From: an uncultured Solibacteraceae bacterium
Lineage (GTDB): Bacteria; Acidobacteriota; Vicinamibacteria; Vicinamibacterales; SCN-69-37
Reading direction: 5' to 3'
Length of the DNA stretch: 38,911 bases
Assembly: GCA_964479175.1 (NCBI GenBank)
Contig: CAYZLT010000001.1
Location: 25,428-64,338 of the forward strand
The notes under the pieces were generated by a model. That model saw nothing but the letters and a program-made list of their open reading frames with translations, made no database searches and was not told the DNA's origin. The position numbers and the translations under genes are program-made. Positions 18,102 to 27,224 of this stretch are shown piece after piece. Position 1 is the first letter of the stretch; every line of letters starts with the position of its first letter.

Positions 18102-18997
18102 TTGGTCATCTCCGTACGGATTTTTTCGAGGAGCGCCTTGGTCCTGGCAATGCCTTCTCGTTCAGGAAGTTTGGATCCCTCGTATTCAATGCCGACCCAC
18201 GACCGGTACCCGGCATCAAGCACCGTCTTCATCAGGCGGCGATAGTCTTTCTGTGCCTCGTTGCCCTGCTCGTCGAAGTCATGGGACTTCGCTGACACCG
18301 CCTTGGCAAACGGCATGAGGTCGGCTACGCCCTGATAGCGGTCGTATTCGTAGAAGTTGCCAAAGTCAGGCAAAGTGCCACAGCGGGGATGGTCAACCAT
18401 CTTCATGACCCCGGAGAGCCACTTGCCGTCTGACGACAAGCCTCCGTGATTTTCGACGACCACATTGAGGTTCATCGGCGCGGCCAGCTCGGTCAATTTT
18501 CTGAGGCCATCGGCGGCGAGTTTCTGCTGTTCCTCGAATGACCCGACACTGGCGGCGTTCACACGGATGGTCACACACCCGAGCACCTTGGCGGCATCGA
18601 GCCACTTGCGGTGATTTTCGACGGCGGTCGCGCGGAGGGCCAGGTCCGGATCACCCAGCCGGCCCTCGCCGTCACACATGATCAGGTACTGCGTCACGCC
18701 CTCATCAGCCGCGCGTGTGTTCATCTCCGCGAGATACGCCGAGTCGCGCGCCTTGTCCTTGAAGAAGGAATTGACGTACTCAATCGCCTCGATCCCGAAA
18801 TCGCGTTTCGCCACGCGCGCAAAATCGAGGTGGTCGATCTCTTTTGCGCGCAGTGTGCGGTGCAGCGACCACTGCGCCAGGGAGATTTTGAACAACGGCG
18901 CGGGCTGCGCCGCCGACAGCACCCCGGAAAACGGCGTCAACGCCACGGCGCCGACGGTGGTCTGAAGGAAACTTCGTCTGGTCCACTCGTGTGTCAT
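18098..18997 (-). CDS. Xylose isomerase-like TIM-barrel (sugar phosphate isomerase/epimerase family) protein with Tat signal
   Basis: [15 protein letters not shown] leader. IEYVN, IRVNA, VVENHGG and WVGIEYEG strand-end motifs. ATGA start/stop overlaps at both ends (18098..18101 and 18994..18997). Confidence 0.8.
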   Translation of the reverse strand: MTHEWTRRSFLQTTVGAVALTPFSGVLSAAQPAPLFKISLAQWSLHRTLRAKEIDHLDFARVAKRDFGIEAIEYVNSFFKDKARDSAYLAEMNTRAADEGVTQYLIMCDGEGRLGDPDLALRATAVENHRKWLDAAKVLGCVTIRVNAASVGSFEEQQKLAADGLRKLTELAAPMNLNVVVENHGGLSSDGKWLSGVMKMVDHPRCGTLPDFGNFYEYDRYQGVADLMPFAKAVSAKSHDFDEQGNEAQKDYRRLMKTVLDAGYRSWVGIEYEGSKLPEREGIARTKALLEKIRTEMTK

Positions 18998-20163
18998 TTG
19001 ATCCCCCTGCTGGCCGTGCTGACTTTAACCGTTCGTCCGCCCCGTGCCGCCGACTTGTCCACCGCCAAACAGACCCGCATCGTGATGTCGGCATCGTACA
19101 CGTTCAGGTGTGTCTCCCGGTCCGCCAGGATACACGCGACGAGTTCATCAATTTCGCCCTGAAACGGGTGATGTGACACATCTGCCGATCCGGGCATCAC
19201 CGTCTCAATCCGAATCGCTGCCGCTCCAGTGGGCGTCGTCGCCGCATGAAACGTGACGTCGTCAAACGGGCAGGCCTTGCGCAGCTGGGCGAGGCTCAGC
19301 GGCGTATCCTGCCAGAGAATCAGGTCGTCACGCAGCGAGGCGCGATCGCCCATCATCTCGACGCCAAAGGTGTACGGCATCTGCAAATCCGTCGAACTGA
19401 CGAGCTGCGCGAGTACGGGTTCGCCTTTTTGTGCTCCACTGGACGTCATCTTCACGTTGGCAATCACCGACGTGGGCCACTGATAGCCCTTGGTGATGGT
19501 CGACTGGAAGGCCGAGACCTCGGTCACCTCCAGCCCTGTGCACCATCGGAGTGCATCCACAGCGTGGCATCCCGCAGCCAACAGGTGGCTGCGGCCACTC
19601 CTTTTTGTGCGCACCCACGACCATCCCGAATACCAGTCGGTGACTCGCGACAGATACTGGAATCTGGCGAAGATCAGGTTGCCCAGCCACCCTTCTTCAC
19701 GCAACCATCGCGCGAATCTCAGGTACGGGTTGTAGTGCAGCTCAAAGGACACGATGGTGCGAACACCGGCTTTACAAACGGCGTCACGAATCCGTTTGAG
19801 TTCGGGCTCGTCGAGACCGGTGGGTTTCTCCAGCAGGATGTGTTTGCCGGCTTTTGCCGCTGCCACCGCCTGGTCCGCGTGCAGGTGATTGGGCGTCGCG
19901 ATCGAGATGATGTCGATATCGGGCGCGTTCAGGAGGTCCCGGAAACGCGTCGTGAACCGGGCCTCCGGCAACGTCAGGCCGTCGTCGGCAAGCCGCTTCC
20001 GGCCGCGCGTTTCATCCCGTCCACACAGCGCCACGATTCGGCAGTGGGGATTGTTGGCAAACGCAGCGAGATGCTGGCTCGCCACCCAGCCCACGCCGAC
20101 CAGACCCACTCCAAGCGTTCGCACGGAGGAAGTGTAGTCCGAGACGGGAGGTTCTGCGTTCAT
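18994..20163 (-). CDS. Gfo/Idh/MocA-family oxidoreductase (no signal peptide)
   Basis: [13 protein letters not shown] Rossmann motif, LLEKPTG motif. Confidence 0.8.
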   Translation of the reverse strand: MNAEPPVSDYTSSVRTLGVGLVGVGWVASQHLAAFANNPHCRIVALCGRDETRGRKRLADDGLTLPEARFTTRFRDLLNAPDIDIISIATPNHLHADQAVAAAKAGKHILLEKPTGLDEPELKRIRDAVCKAGVRTIVSFELHYNPYLRFARWLREEGWLGNLIFARFQYLSRVTDWYSGWSWVRTKRSGRSHLLAAGCHAVDALRWCTGLEVTEVSAFQSTITKGYQWPTSVIANVKMTSSGAQKGEPVLAQLVSSTDLQMPYTFGVEMMGDRASLRDDLILWQDTPLSLAQLRKACPFDDVTFHAATTPTGAAAIRIETVMPGSADVSHHPFQGEIDELVACILADRETHLNVYDADITMRVCLAVDKSAARGGRTVKVSTASRGIK

Positions 20164-20182
20164 GGTTCATGGTGCTGGGTTC

Positions 20183-20210
20183 TGTGTCCCAAAAAGTGTG
20201 TCCCAAAAAG
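20183..20210. repeat. Perfect 14-bp tandem direct repeat TGTGTCCCAAAAAG x2, 20-47 nt upstream of the operon start codon
   Basis: Copies at 20183..20196 and 20197..20210 are identical. On the minus strand they read CTTTTTGGGACACA x2 immediately upstream of ATG 20163. Confidence 0.9.
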
Positions 20211-20227
20211 ACGTCGGGTGTCTTTTT
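20205..20227 (-). terminator. Weak AT-rich hairpin with U-run (possible terminator of the propeller gene)
   Basis: AAAAAGAC - 7-nt loop - GTCTTTTT. It overlaps the second direct repeat. Confidence 0.35.
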
Positions 20228-20252
20228 CGTTCCAAGCCCTCCAGCAGTGCAC

Positions 20253-20308
20253 GGAGTGTGGCCGGCGTACGCTCACGCACGGCTACGCCGTCGTTCAAAT
20301 CACACTCC
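20253..20308. repeat. Nested inverted repeat (structured intergenic element)
   Basis: Outer arms GGAGTGTG (20253..20260) and CACACTCC (20301..20308). Inner arms CGGCGTA (20263..20269) and TACGCCG (20284..20290). Confidence 0.7.
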
Positions 20309-20330
20309 ATCACGTCCTCGTCTCATCCGA

Positions 20331-22157
20331 TCAACGCGGAAGGCGGAAGGCCACCATCTCTGCTCCGTTTCTCACGAGCAGAGTATCGCCGACCATGACC
20401 GGGTGATTCCAGGTCTTGCCGTCGAGCGCAGGGAGCGTTGCCAACTGGCTGAATTTGTCCGGGGTCGCGGACACCAGCGCGAGTTCGCCCTCTTCCGAAA
20501 TCACCAGGAGCAGATCCTGATCGGCGAGCAGGATGAGCTGGCCGTTTCCAAAACGACCGCCCTTCCACATACGTTTGCCGTCATTCAAATCAATCGCGGA
20601 CAGGATGCTGCCGTCGAAGCCATACGCGTGCCCCTTGTGCACGACGAAATCGTTGAAGTAGGGCTTGAGCCCGGTCGACGTCCATCGTTCCTCAAGCGTC
20701 CACACGCCTCCAGGGCGGGTGACCGCCAGTCGTCGTATGCCGAGCCCGCCAGTGGCCGCGATGGCGTTGATCAGAATGTCTCCCTCCGCGGTCAGAGCGG
20801 GTTGCACGACGGGACCCGGCTCCCAGGCGTGTGTCCACAACACGGTGCCATCACCAGGCGCCACGCTGATGGCACCTGGGCCCCCGAGCAGGACGACCTG
20901 CTCCACGCCGTCAAACGTGAGGCGATGTGGTGAGCTGTAGCTGCCGCCGTACGACGGTCCGGTCCATCGATGGTCACCGGTCGTCCTGTCGTACGCCGCA
21001 AGCGTGCCTGCGGCCGCCACGATCACCAGGTCGCGCATCACGAGCGGTGAACTTGCGAATCCCCAGATGGGCACCTCCCGTTTGGTGTCCGTCGCGACCT
21101 GACGTGACCACAGGAGCGATCCTGTCTTTGCATCAAGCGCGTTGAGAATGCCTGTCGCGCCAAACGCATACACGCGGCCCTCGTGAATCGTCGGCGTGGC
21201 CCTGGGACCTGCGCCACCGTTGGACTCCCAGAATCGCACGGCATCCCGATGCCCCCACACGGGCTCGCCGGTCGACAAGCGATAACACGACACGATCTCG
21301 TCATCTCCGCGCTGCTCCTGCGTGTAGATCAGATCCTCCTGCACCGCGAACGATGACCAGCCAGGACCGATCGGTCGCCGCCACAACTCCACCGGTGGTG
21401 AGGTCGCCCAGTCAGTGTTGATCCGCACGCCGCGGACAATTCCGTCGCGCAAGAGGCCACGAAAACCCGGCCATTCGACTCTTTCGACTCGCGGTTCGAC
21501 TCGCCCTTCGACTCGCCCAAAGACGGGCTCGCTCAGGGCTACGCTCGCCGCTCCGGGTACGACGGGAGTGGCCAGTGCAGATGCGATGTCTGGTGCGGGA
21601 GTTGCAGGCAGTGCCGCAACGACTGATGGTACGTCATCACCACGCGCGAGCAACACCTCCTCGGGCGACGGCGTCCATCGCCAGTGGTACTCCGAACCTT
21701 TCGAGGCCACGCCGGCGGTCCGCAAGAGCACCCACGGCACACACGAGAGCACTATCGCCATGGCCAATGCGAGGGTGCGACGAGCACCGGAGAGCCGCGT
21801 GGCCACAAAGGCCCCGGCCACAAGCGCGAGGCTCCAGCCGGGCACGGACGCGACAAACAGGAGCCGTCCCATTCCGGCGTTTTCGATCGAGGGATCTGCG
21901 ATGGCCCTGGTCACAATGAGCGCGAGCACAATCATCACCAGCGCTCCCACCCGCTCGAACCACCGTGCGCGGCTGAACAGGAGCCACCAGATCACGATGC
22001 CCAGCCCGCCCACCATGCCGGCGAGGATCCCGATGAGACCCGTCGTCATCTCGAAGAACTCAGCGTTGGGAGCGATGATGGGCAGGGCATACGTCAACAG
22101 CCACTGCAGGGCCACAAGGGCGACGCCGGGCCACACGCGAAGGGATCTGTTGTCCAT
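20331..22157 (-). CDS. Polytopic membrane N-domain fused to a PQQ-like/BamB-like beta-propeller
   Basis: About 5 TM helices in residues 1-160. The C-terminal ~360 aa have repeated propeller blades (VYAFGATGILNALDAKTGSLLW, LAAYDRTTGDHRW, ILSAIDLNDGKRMW). Confidence 0.75.
   Translation of the reverse strand: MDNRSLRVWPGVALVALQWLLTYALPIIAPNAEFFEMTTGLIGILAGMVGGLGIVIWWLLFSRARWFERVGALVMIVLALIVTRAIADPSIENAGMGRLLFVASVPGWSLALVAGAFVATRLSGARRTLALAMAIVLSCVPWVLLRTAGVASKGSEYHWRWTPSPEEVLLARGDDVPSVVAALPATPAPDIASALATPVVPGAASVALSEPVFGRVEGRVEPRVERVEWPGFRGLLRDGIVRGVRINTDWATSPPVELWRRPIGPGWSSFAVQEDLIYTQEQRGDDEIVSCYRLSTGEPVWGHRDAVRFWESNGGAGPRATPTIHEGRVYAFGATGILNALDAKTGSLLWSRQVATDTKREVPIWGFASSPLVMRDLVIVAAAGTLAAYDRTTGDHRWTGPSYGGSYSSPHRLTFDGVEQVVLLGGPGAISVAPGDGTVLWTHAWEPGPVVQPALTAEGDILINAIAATGGLGIRRLAVTRPGGVWTLEERWTSTGLKPYFNDFVVHKGHAYGFDGSILSAIDLNDGKRMWKGGRFGNGQLILLADQDLLLVISEEGELALVSATPDKFSQLATLPALDGKTWNHPVMVGDTLLVRNGAEMVAFRLPR
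21474..21518. repeat. Four copies of ttcgactc at 9-12-12 bp spacing (linker of the propeller protein)
   Basis: Copies start at 21474, 21483, 21495 and 21507. Encodes GRVEGRVEPRVERVE. Confidence 0.85.
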
Positions 22158-22202
22158 GTCAGGACAATACGTGCGGGCTCGGGCAGTTCGTTCCGGCTAT
22201 TC

Positions 22203-23015
22203 TCACCGGCCGGCGATGCAGGCCGCGATGTTGGCCTTGCAGTGCTCCAGATTCTGGATTTCGATCTTCCGGAACTCGGTCGGCGCGGTCTCCGACTGGA
22301 TGGCGATATATCCACCCGTCAGGGGCGTTCCATCGACCTTGACCGCCGGGTCAAACGGCGCCACATTCCCGCCACCCATCTGCGGTTTGGTGTACTCCAT
22401 CACGACTTCGCCCTCGACGTAGTGGCGGATCAATTCGTCGCCCAGCACCAGCACTTCCACTCGCACCCACTGATCCCCGTGATAGGTCTTTGCGTTTGAG
22501 TTGGTGCAGTGCGCAGTCCGGAGCTGCCCTCCCAGCACCACGTTGGTGCCTGGCGTACAGAGATTCGCGGTTGGTCGCACGCCAGTCCCCAGTCCTCCGA
22601 GCAACTGCACCTCGATCGAAATCGGAAAATCCTGATCACGGACCATCGTTGTGGGATCCTGCGCATGCAGCATGAACCCGTTGTTGCGGACCGCCCACCC
22701 GGCGCCGCGTGCTGCTGCCGGCAACTGCTCTCCGACAAATCGATACTCGGCGGCGATGCGGTAGTGGGTGTACGGCTGCGCGTAAAACAGGTGGCCAAAC
22801 TCGCCGTCAAAACTCGTCCACTTGTCGTAGGCCACCTTCAGCACGCCGTCTTCCACGCGGAAGGTGTCGTGCAAGTTCACGCCGAGATCGTGATTGGCAA
22901 ACTTCGGTGTCCAGCCGGTCAGATCGCGACCGTTGAAGAGTGGGGTCCACGATTGATCGTGGAGGGAGAACAGAGACAGCGCGACAGCGCCGAACACAAA
23001 CACTCGCGACAACAT
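22203..23015 (-). CDS. DUF1080 (3-keto-disaccharide hydrolase-like) secreted protein
   Basis: Signal peptide MLSRVFVFGAVALSLFSL. WTPLFNGRDLTGW, FRVEDGVLK, GYIAIQSETAPTEFRKIEI are the hallmark DUF1080 motifs. Confidence 0.8.
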   Translation of the reverse strand: MLSRVFVFGAVALSLFSLHDQSWTPLFNGRDLTGWTPKFANHDLGVNLHDTFRVEDGVLKVAYDKWTSFDGEFGHLFYAQPYTHYRIAAEYRFVGEQLPAAARGAGWAVRNNGFMLHAQDPTTMVRDQDFPISIEVQLLGGLGTGVRPTANLCTPGTNVVLGGQLRTAHCTNSNAKTYHGDQWVRVEVLVLGDELIRHYVEGEVVMEYTKPQMGGGNVAPFDPAVKVDGTPLTGGYIAIQSETAPTEFRKIEIQNLEHCKANIAACIAGR

Positions 23016-23042
23016 GGCCGCATTGTCGCCGATTTAAGGCCC

Positions 23043-25820
23043 CTACGACCCCATGACGATGAAACCGGCCCAGTAGAAGGGGTGGCGATATTTCGGGTCT
23101 TTCAGCATTGTCAATGCGGCGGCGCGGAGCGCGGCGGGCGCAGCATCGACCGAGTCGCCACCTTTGAGGCGCTGCTGATGGAACGCAATCATCAACGACG
23201 TCGTGCTTGACGACTCAACCTCCCACTGACTCAGCACGGCCGTGGACGCACCGGCCGCAAGTAACGCCCACGACAGACCGATCACCCCTTCGCCGCCACC
23301 GACCACGCCGCCGACAGTCGAACACGCCGACAACACCACCAGGTCAGCCGCCAGGTCCAGGTCCGCAAGTTCCCAGGCTTCGAGGCGGCCATCACCCGAG
23401 GTGGTGCGTGTATCCCCGGTGGAGAGACGCACATGCGAGAACATCGGACTCCGGTCGTCCAGCACGCCGTGCGACGCAATGTGGAGCACACCGGCGCGTG
23501 ACGCCACGTTGCGCAGCGCCAGCTCGCTCGCCTCGGCGCCCACGAGCACCGTGCTTCGGGTCGCGCCATACAGGCGGCCCAGCGATTCCACTTCCCGACG
23601 CGCGTCCGGCAACGGACCCGTGGCGGCACCCCGCATCTCACCACTCGCACTCCCCGTCGTCATCGGGTCACCGATGGCGACGAGCGTGCGGGAGAGCGAC
23701 GGTCGTTCGGCGGCACGTGCGCGCAGTGCCACGAGCGAGGAGAGCGACGGCGCGTACGACACCGCGCGCTCTTCAATCAGATACCGCCCTCGGGATGTCG
23801 TCAGCGCCTGAAACGGCACACTCCACAACGCGCTGTCCGGCACGATGATGAGCCGCTTGGCTGACGCGAGATGGACGTCCACGTCCGAGAATAGTGCGTC
23901 GTACAACTCACGTGCGGTACCGGCAAATCCGAGGTCGCGGCTACTGACTTGTTTCGCGAACCGCTCGGCCAGCGCCATGAGTGCGGTCGGCGGCATCTGC
24001 AGGCGATGGGCGATGACCGTGGCGCCATGATCCGACCCGACGACGACATACACCCACACATGGTCGCTGTTCACCATGAATTCGAGCGCAACCGTCCCGG
24101 GGGGCACAACGGCATCAAGGTCAGCTCTTGACAGGGCCGGAGTCTCGCCCCGGCTGAGTCGCAACCGCGGGTAGGCCGCATAGAGGTCATCCGTGAACGC
24201 CTGATGTGCGATGCGCGCGCGATCCCGCGCCTCTTCAAGTGTGGTGACTTCGGTGGGGTTGATCGGCTTGCGGGTGAGTGCCTCGCTGAGCGACACGGTC
24301 GCGAACACCAGTCCGGTGGTCAGCGCCTGTTCGCGACTCCGCATCGCGTCGGTCAGGTCGGCCGTGGTGGGTCGGCCAAACGCCACCATGTCGAGCAACG
24401 TCCTCGCCCGTGCCTGCTCCACAGTACGCAGGGCGTCCCATGCTCGGCCAGCTTTGGAGTGGAGCGCACTGAGTCCCACATAGGGCCCGATCCGTTCACG
24501 CAAGAAGGCCTGACGTGAGCGCTCGCCGGCCAGCGCCTGGTCCCGCATTTGTTCGGTGGTGAGAATCGCTCTCTCGAACTCGAGCTGGGCGTCAGCGGTG
24601 CGCCCCTGCGCCTCAAGGGCGTGCGCGAGGAAGAGCTGCGCGCCCGCCAGGATGCCGAGCAGGCGTCCCTCGGACGCCAGGGCGACCGCGCGCCGCGCGT
24701 CCGCCTCCGCCTCAATCGGCCGGCCGTGGCGCAGCATCAGGTGACTCATCTCCGAGTAACTTTCTGCCAGTGGAGCCATGTCGCCCACGCTGTCGCGAAG
24801 GGCGAGGCTGCGCTGCTGAAAGGCAATCGCCTCGATCAACTGACCACGATTCCGGCTCACCAGCCCCCGCAGGAACAATGCGTGCGCGAGCGCCCGTTTG
24901 TCATTCGCCGATTCCGCCACGATCTCGGTTTGTTGCAGGGTCGTCTCTGCAGCGGCGACCGATCCGAGCGCGATGTGTGCATGCGCGATGTTGTTGCGTA
25001 ACGTCAGAGCGGCATTCCCCGCACCGATGCGCTCAAACAGCGCAACGGCACGCTCAAAATACGTCAGCGCCTGGTCGTAGTCGCCGAGGGCGGAGTACAA
25101 CGAACCAAGGTTCGAATACCCGTTGGCCAGGTCTGACGTGCCGCGTCCGCCATCATCCTGTTTGAGCGACAGACTCAGGTCCAGGTACTCGCGAGCGAGC
25201 GCCAGATTGCCCTGGTTGTAGTGCATGACGCCGATGTTGTTGTAGAGGCGGGACAACTGCGCCGTCTGACCTGCTGACGGCGGCTGCGCCTTGAGCATCG
25301 TCACGCCCCGTGCCGACAACTCGGCCGCGCGATCGTAGTTGCCCATGCGACGGTACACAATCGCCAGGTTGATAAGCGGAGGCACCATCGCCTCCTGGTC
25401 GTTGACCTCCTCAAGCATGGCCAGACCCTGTTCCGTGAGTTGGAGGGAGTGCGCCAGATTGCCCCGCGCTCCCTCGATGACGCCGAATCCGATGATGGCG
25501 CCCGAACGAGTGCGTACGTTCTTGATGCGATCGCCCAACCACTGGAGCGTGAGGAACGCCTGGTCGGCGCGCGCGAACTGCCGCTCGTTGGTCATCTGCG
25601 TGCCAAAACGTGACAGTGCGTTCCGGCCAGCCGACTCACCCAAAACCGGATGCGCCGCCAGCAGCGATGCGCGCGCCTCGGTGGTGGTGGCCTCGGCGAA
25701 TTGGCGAACCAACCCAGGATCGACCGGCAGTTGCTGTGCCGTCTGCGCCTGCGGAACCGCGATCACCGTGGCGATCACCAGCACAGCGGCGAGAACAGCG
25801 CGACACACAGTTCGAGACAT
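23043..25820 (-). CDS. Secreted TPR-repeat protein with C-terminal CHAT (caspase-like) domain
   Basis: Signal peptide MSRTVCRAVLAAVLVIATVIAVPQAQ, about 10 TPR-like units (AIVYRRMGNYDRA, GSLYSALGDYDQAL...). C-terminal LHIASHG and LVVLSACST His/Cys dyad, ending YWAGFIVMGS. Confidence 0.85.
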   Translation of the reverse strand: MSRTVCRAVLAAVLVIATVIAVPQAQTAQQLPVDPGLVRQFAEATTTEARASLLAAHPVLGESAGRNALSRFGTQMTNERQFARADQAFLTLQWLGDRIKNVRTRSGAIIGFGVIEGARGNLAHSLQLTEQGLAMLEEVNDQEAMVPPLINLAIVYRRMGNYDRAAELSARGVTMLKAQPPSAGQTAQLSRLYNNIGVMHYNQGNLALAREYLDLSLSLKQDDGGRGTSDLANGYSNLGSLYSALGDYDQALTYFERAVALFERIGAGNAALTLRNNIAHAHIALGSVAAAETTLQQTEIVAESANDKRALAHALFLRGLVSRNRGQLIEAIAFQQRSLALRDSVGDMAPLAESYSEMSHLMLRHGRPIEAEADARRAVALASEGRLLGILAGAQLFLAHALEAQGRTADAQLEFERAILTTEQMRDQALAGERSRQAFLRERIGPYVGLSALHSKAGRAWDALRTVEQARARTLLDMVAFGRPTTADLTDAMRSREQALTTGLVFATVSLSEALTRKPINPTEVTTLEEARDRARIAHQAFTDDLYAAYPRLRLSRGETPALSRADLDAVVPPGTVALEFMVNSDHVWVYVVVGSDHGATVIAHRLQMPPTALMALAERFAKQVSSRDLGFAGTARELYDALFSDVDVHLASAKRLIIVPDSALWSVPFQALTTSRGRYLIEERAVSYAPSLSSLVALRARAAERPSLSRTLVAIGDPMTTGSASGEMRGAATGPLPDARREVESLGRLYGATRSTVLVGAEASELALRNVASRAGVLHIASHGVLDDRSPMFSHVRLSTGDTRTTSGDGRLEAWELADLDLAADLVVLSACSTVGGVVGGGEGVIGLSWALLAAGASTAVLSQWEVESSSTTSLMIAFHQQRLKGGDSVDAAPAALRAAALTMLKDPKYRHPFYWAGFIVMGS

Positions 25821-25840
25821 GACCAGTAGCGTAGATCAGG

Positions 25841-27208
25841 TCAGGGCAACATGAACCCGACATCGTTCGTCGGAAACGCCACCAGATTCGGGAACGCCCA
25901 GGCAAGATCGGCCGCAGACGCTCCGAACCATTTGCCGAGCGTGGCGCCAAACTGCGACGTCGACAACGTCGGAATCCACACCCCCCGATTGTTCGCATCG
26001 TCTGGTCCGCCCAGGGCGAGTGTCGGCAGGGAGCCGTAGACGCCGCCCTTGACGGCCCCCCCCAGGACGATTTGATGACTGCCCCACGCATGGTCTGAAC
26101 CACTGCCGCTGGGCTGCAACGTACGGCCGAACTCGGACTGTGTGAAGGTTGTGACCTGCTGCGACAGCCCAGCGTCGCCAATAGCATTGTGAAACGCAAA
26201 CAGCGACTGCGAGAGCTGATTGAGCAGATACCAGTGCGTCCAGTCCTGCGAGCTGTGGAGGTCAAAGCCGTCCAAGGACACAAAAAACACCTGACGACCT
26301 GGTCCCATCGCCGAGCGAATCTTGATGAGGCGCGTGACTTCCCTCAACTGATTGCCGATATTTGTTCCGGGGAACGACAGTTCGCCGCCGCCACCCTGGC
26401 TGCCGAGTGTATCGGCCAGCTGAAGCCCATCGGCAAGTGCCTTGTTCGCGGCCTTGCGGACCGGATTTCCGCCGTCGAGCTGCAACAGGTCGTTGACCGC
26501 TTGTCGACGCGACTGCGCCTGGTTCGACGGCCAGAAGTTCATGCCGGAGAGACGCAGATCGGCGCCCGGCGGAATCACATTGCCGCCGGCGTTGAATCCC
26601 TGCAGGAACAACGCGGGCTGTGACACAGCCACGGCCGCCAGACTGTCCGACGTCCCGAAACAATCCAGCAGACGCCCACCCCAGCCTGATCCGTTCGGCG
26701 TCGGCAGACCGGTCTGGGCCTGCACCGTCTGGTCGGAGTGTGAGAAGAGATTGGTGGGTGCCGCCTGACCCGCCAGGTACTGCGCACGCGTGAGCGGCGC
26801 CGCCAGCTGGCCGACATTGAGCACAAACGCCATCTGGCCGCTCTCATAGAGCGGGTTCAACTCAGACATGCCGTAGTGCATGGCCCACGGGTTTCCACTC
26901 GCATCCGCAATCGGCGAGAGCAGTTCGCTCGGCGAGAGTCCGAGGTTGCCACGCAGACTCTGATAGGTCGTGTGCAGGCCGGTCTCAAGCGGCACGATCA
27001 TGTTGTTGCCGTCGTTGCCGCCAAACAGGTAGATGCAGACCAGGGCCTTGTAGTCGGTGAGGTCGGCCGTGGACCGCGCTTCGGCCGCGAACAGGGATTT
27101 GGACCGACCCAATCCAGCGCCGGTCGCCGTCAATCCAAGGGCCGCCAGCTGCGCGCTCAGCTTGAGGAAGTGACGACGGGTGGGTGTTTTTGCGTGTGAG
27201 TGTGACAT
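25841..27208 (-). CDS. DUF1501 protein (sulfatase-fold) with Tat signal
   Basis: TRRHFLKLSAQLAALG leader, LFGGNDGNNM, FDLHSSQ, GSDHAWG motifs. Confidence 0.85.
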   Translation of the reverse strand: MSHSHAKTPTRRHFLKLSAQLAALGLTATGAGLGRSKSLFAAEARSTADLTDYKALVCIYLFGGNDGNNMIVPLETGLHTTYQSLRGNLGLSPSELLSPIADASGNPWAMHYGMSELNPLYESGQMAFVLNVGQLAAPLTRAQYLAGQAAPTNLFSHSDQTVQAQTGLPTPNGSGWGGRLLDCFGTSDSLAAVAVSQPALFLQGFNAGGNVIPPGADLRLSGMNFWPSNQAQSRRQAVNDLLQLDGGNPVRKAANKALADGLQLADTLGSQGGGGELSFPGTNIGNQLREVTRLIKIRSAMGPGRQVFFVSLDGFDLHSSQDWTHWYLLNQLSQSLFAFHNAIGDAGLSQQVTTFTQSEFGRTLQPSGSGSDHAWGSHQIVLGGAVKGGVYGSLPTLALGGPDDANNRGVWIPTLSTSQFGATLGKWFGASAADLAWAFPNLVAFPTNDVGFMLP

Positions 27209-27224
27209 GAAAAAATCCGTTCGC

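Noticed and set aside
15783-18245. 331-aa ORF (15783..16778 -) and 496-aa ORF (16755..18245 +).
   Set aside because: The first is an alternative frame of apbE and the MFS tail. The second is antisense to the Tat oxidoreductase. Both translate to R/P-rich sequence, while the chosen frames carry the DLGGIAKG and Rossmann motifs.
19246-22499. Long plus-strand ORFs (19246..20406, 20169..20933, 21415..22422, 21684..22499).
   Set aside because: They lie antisense to the oxidoreductase and beta-propeller genes. Low-complexity translations with no motifs.
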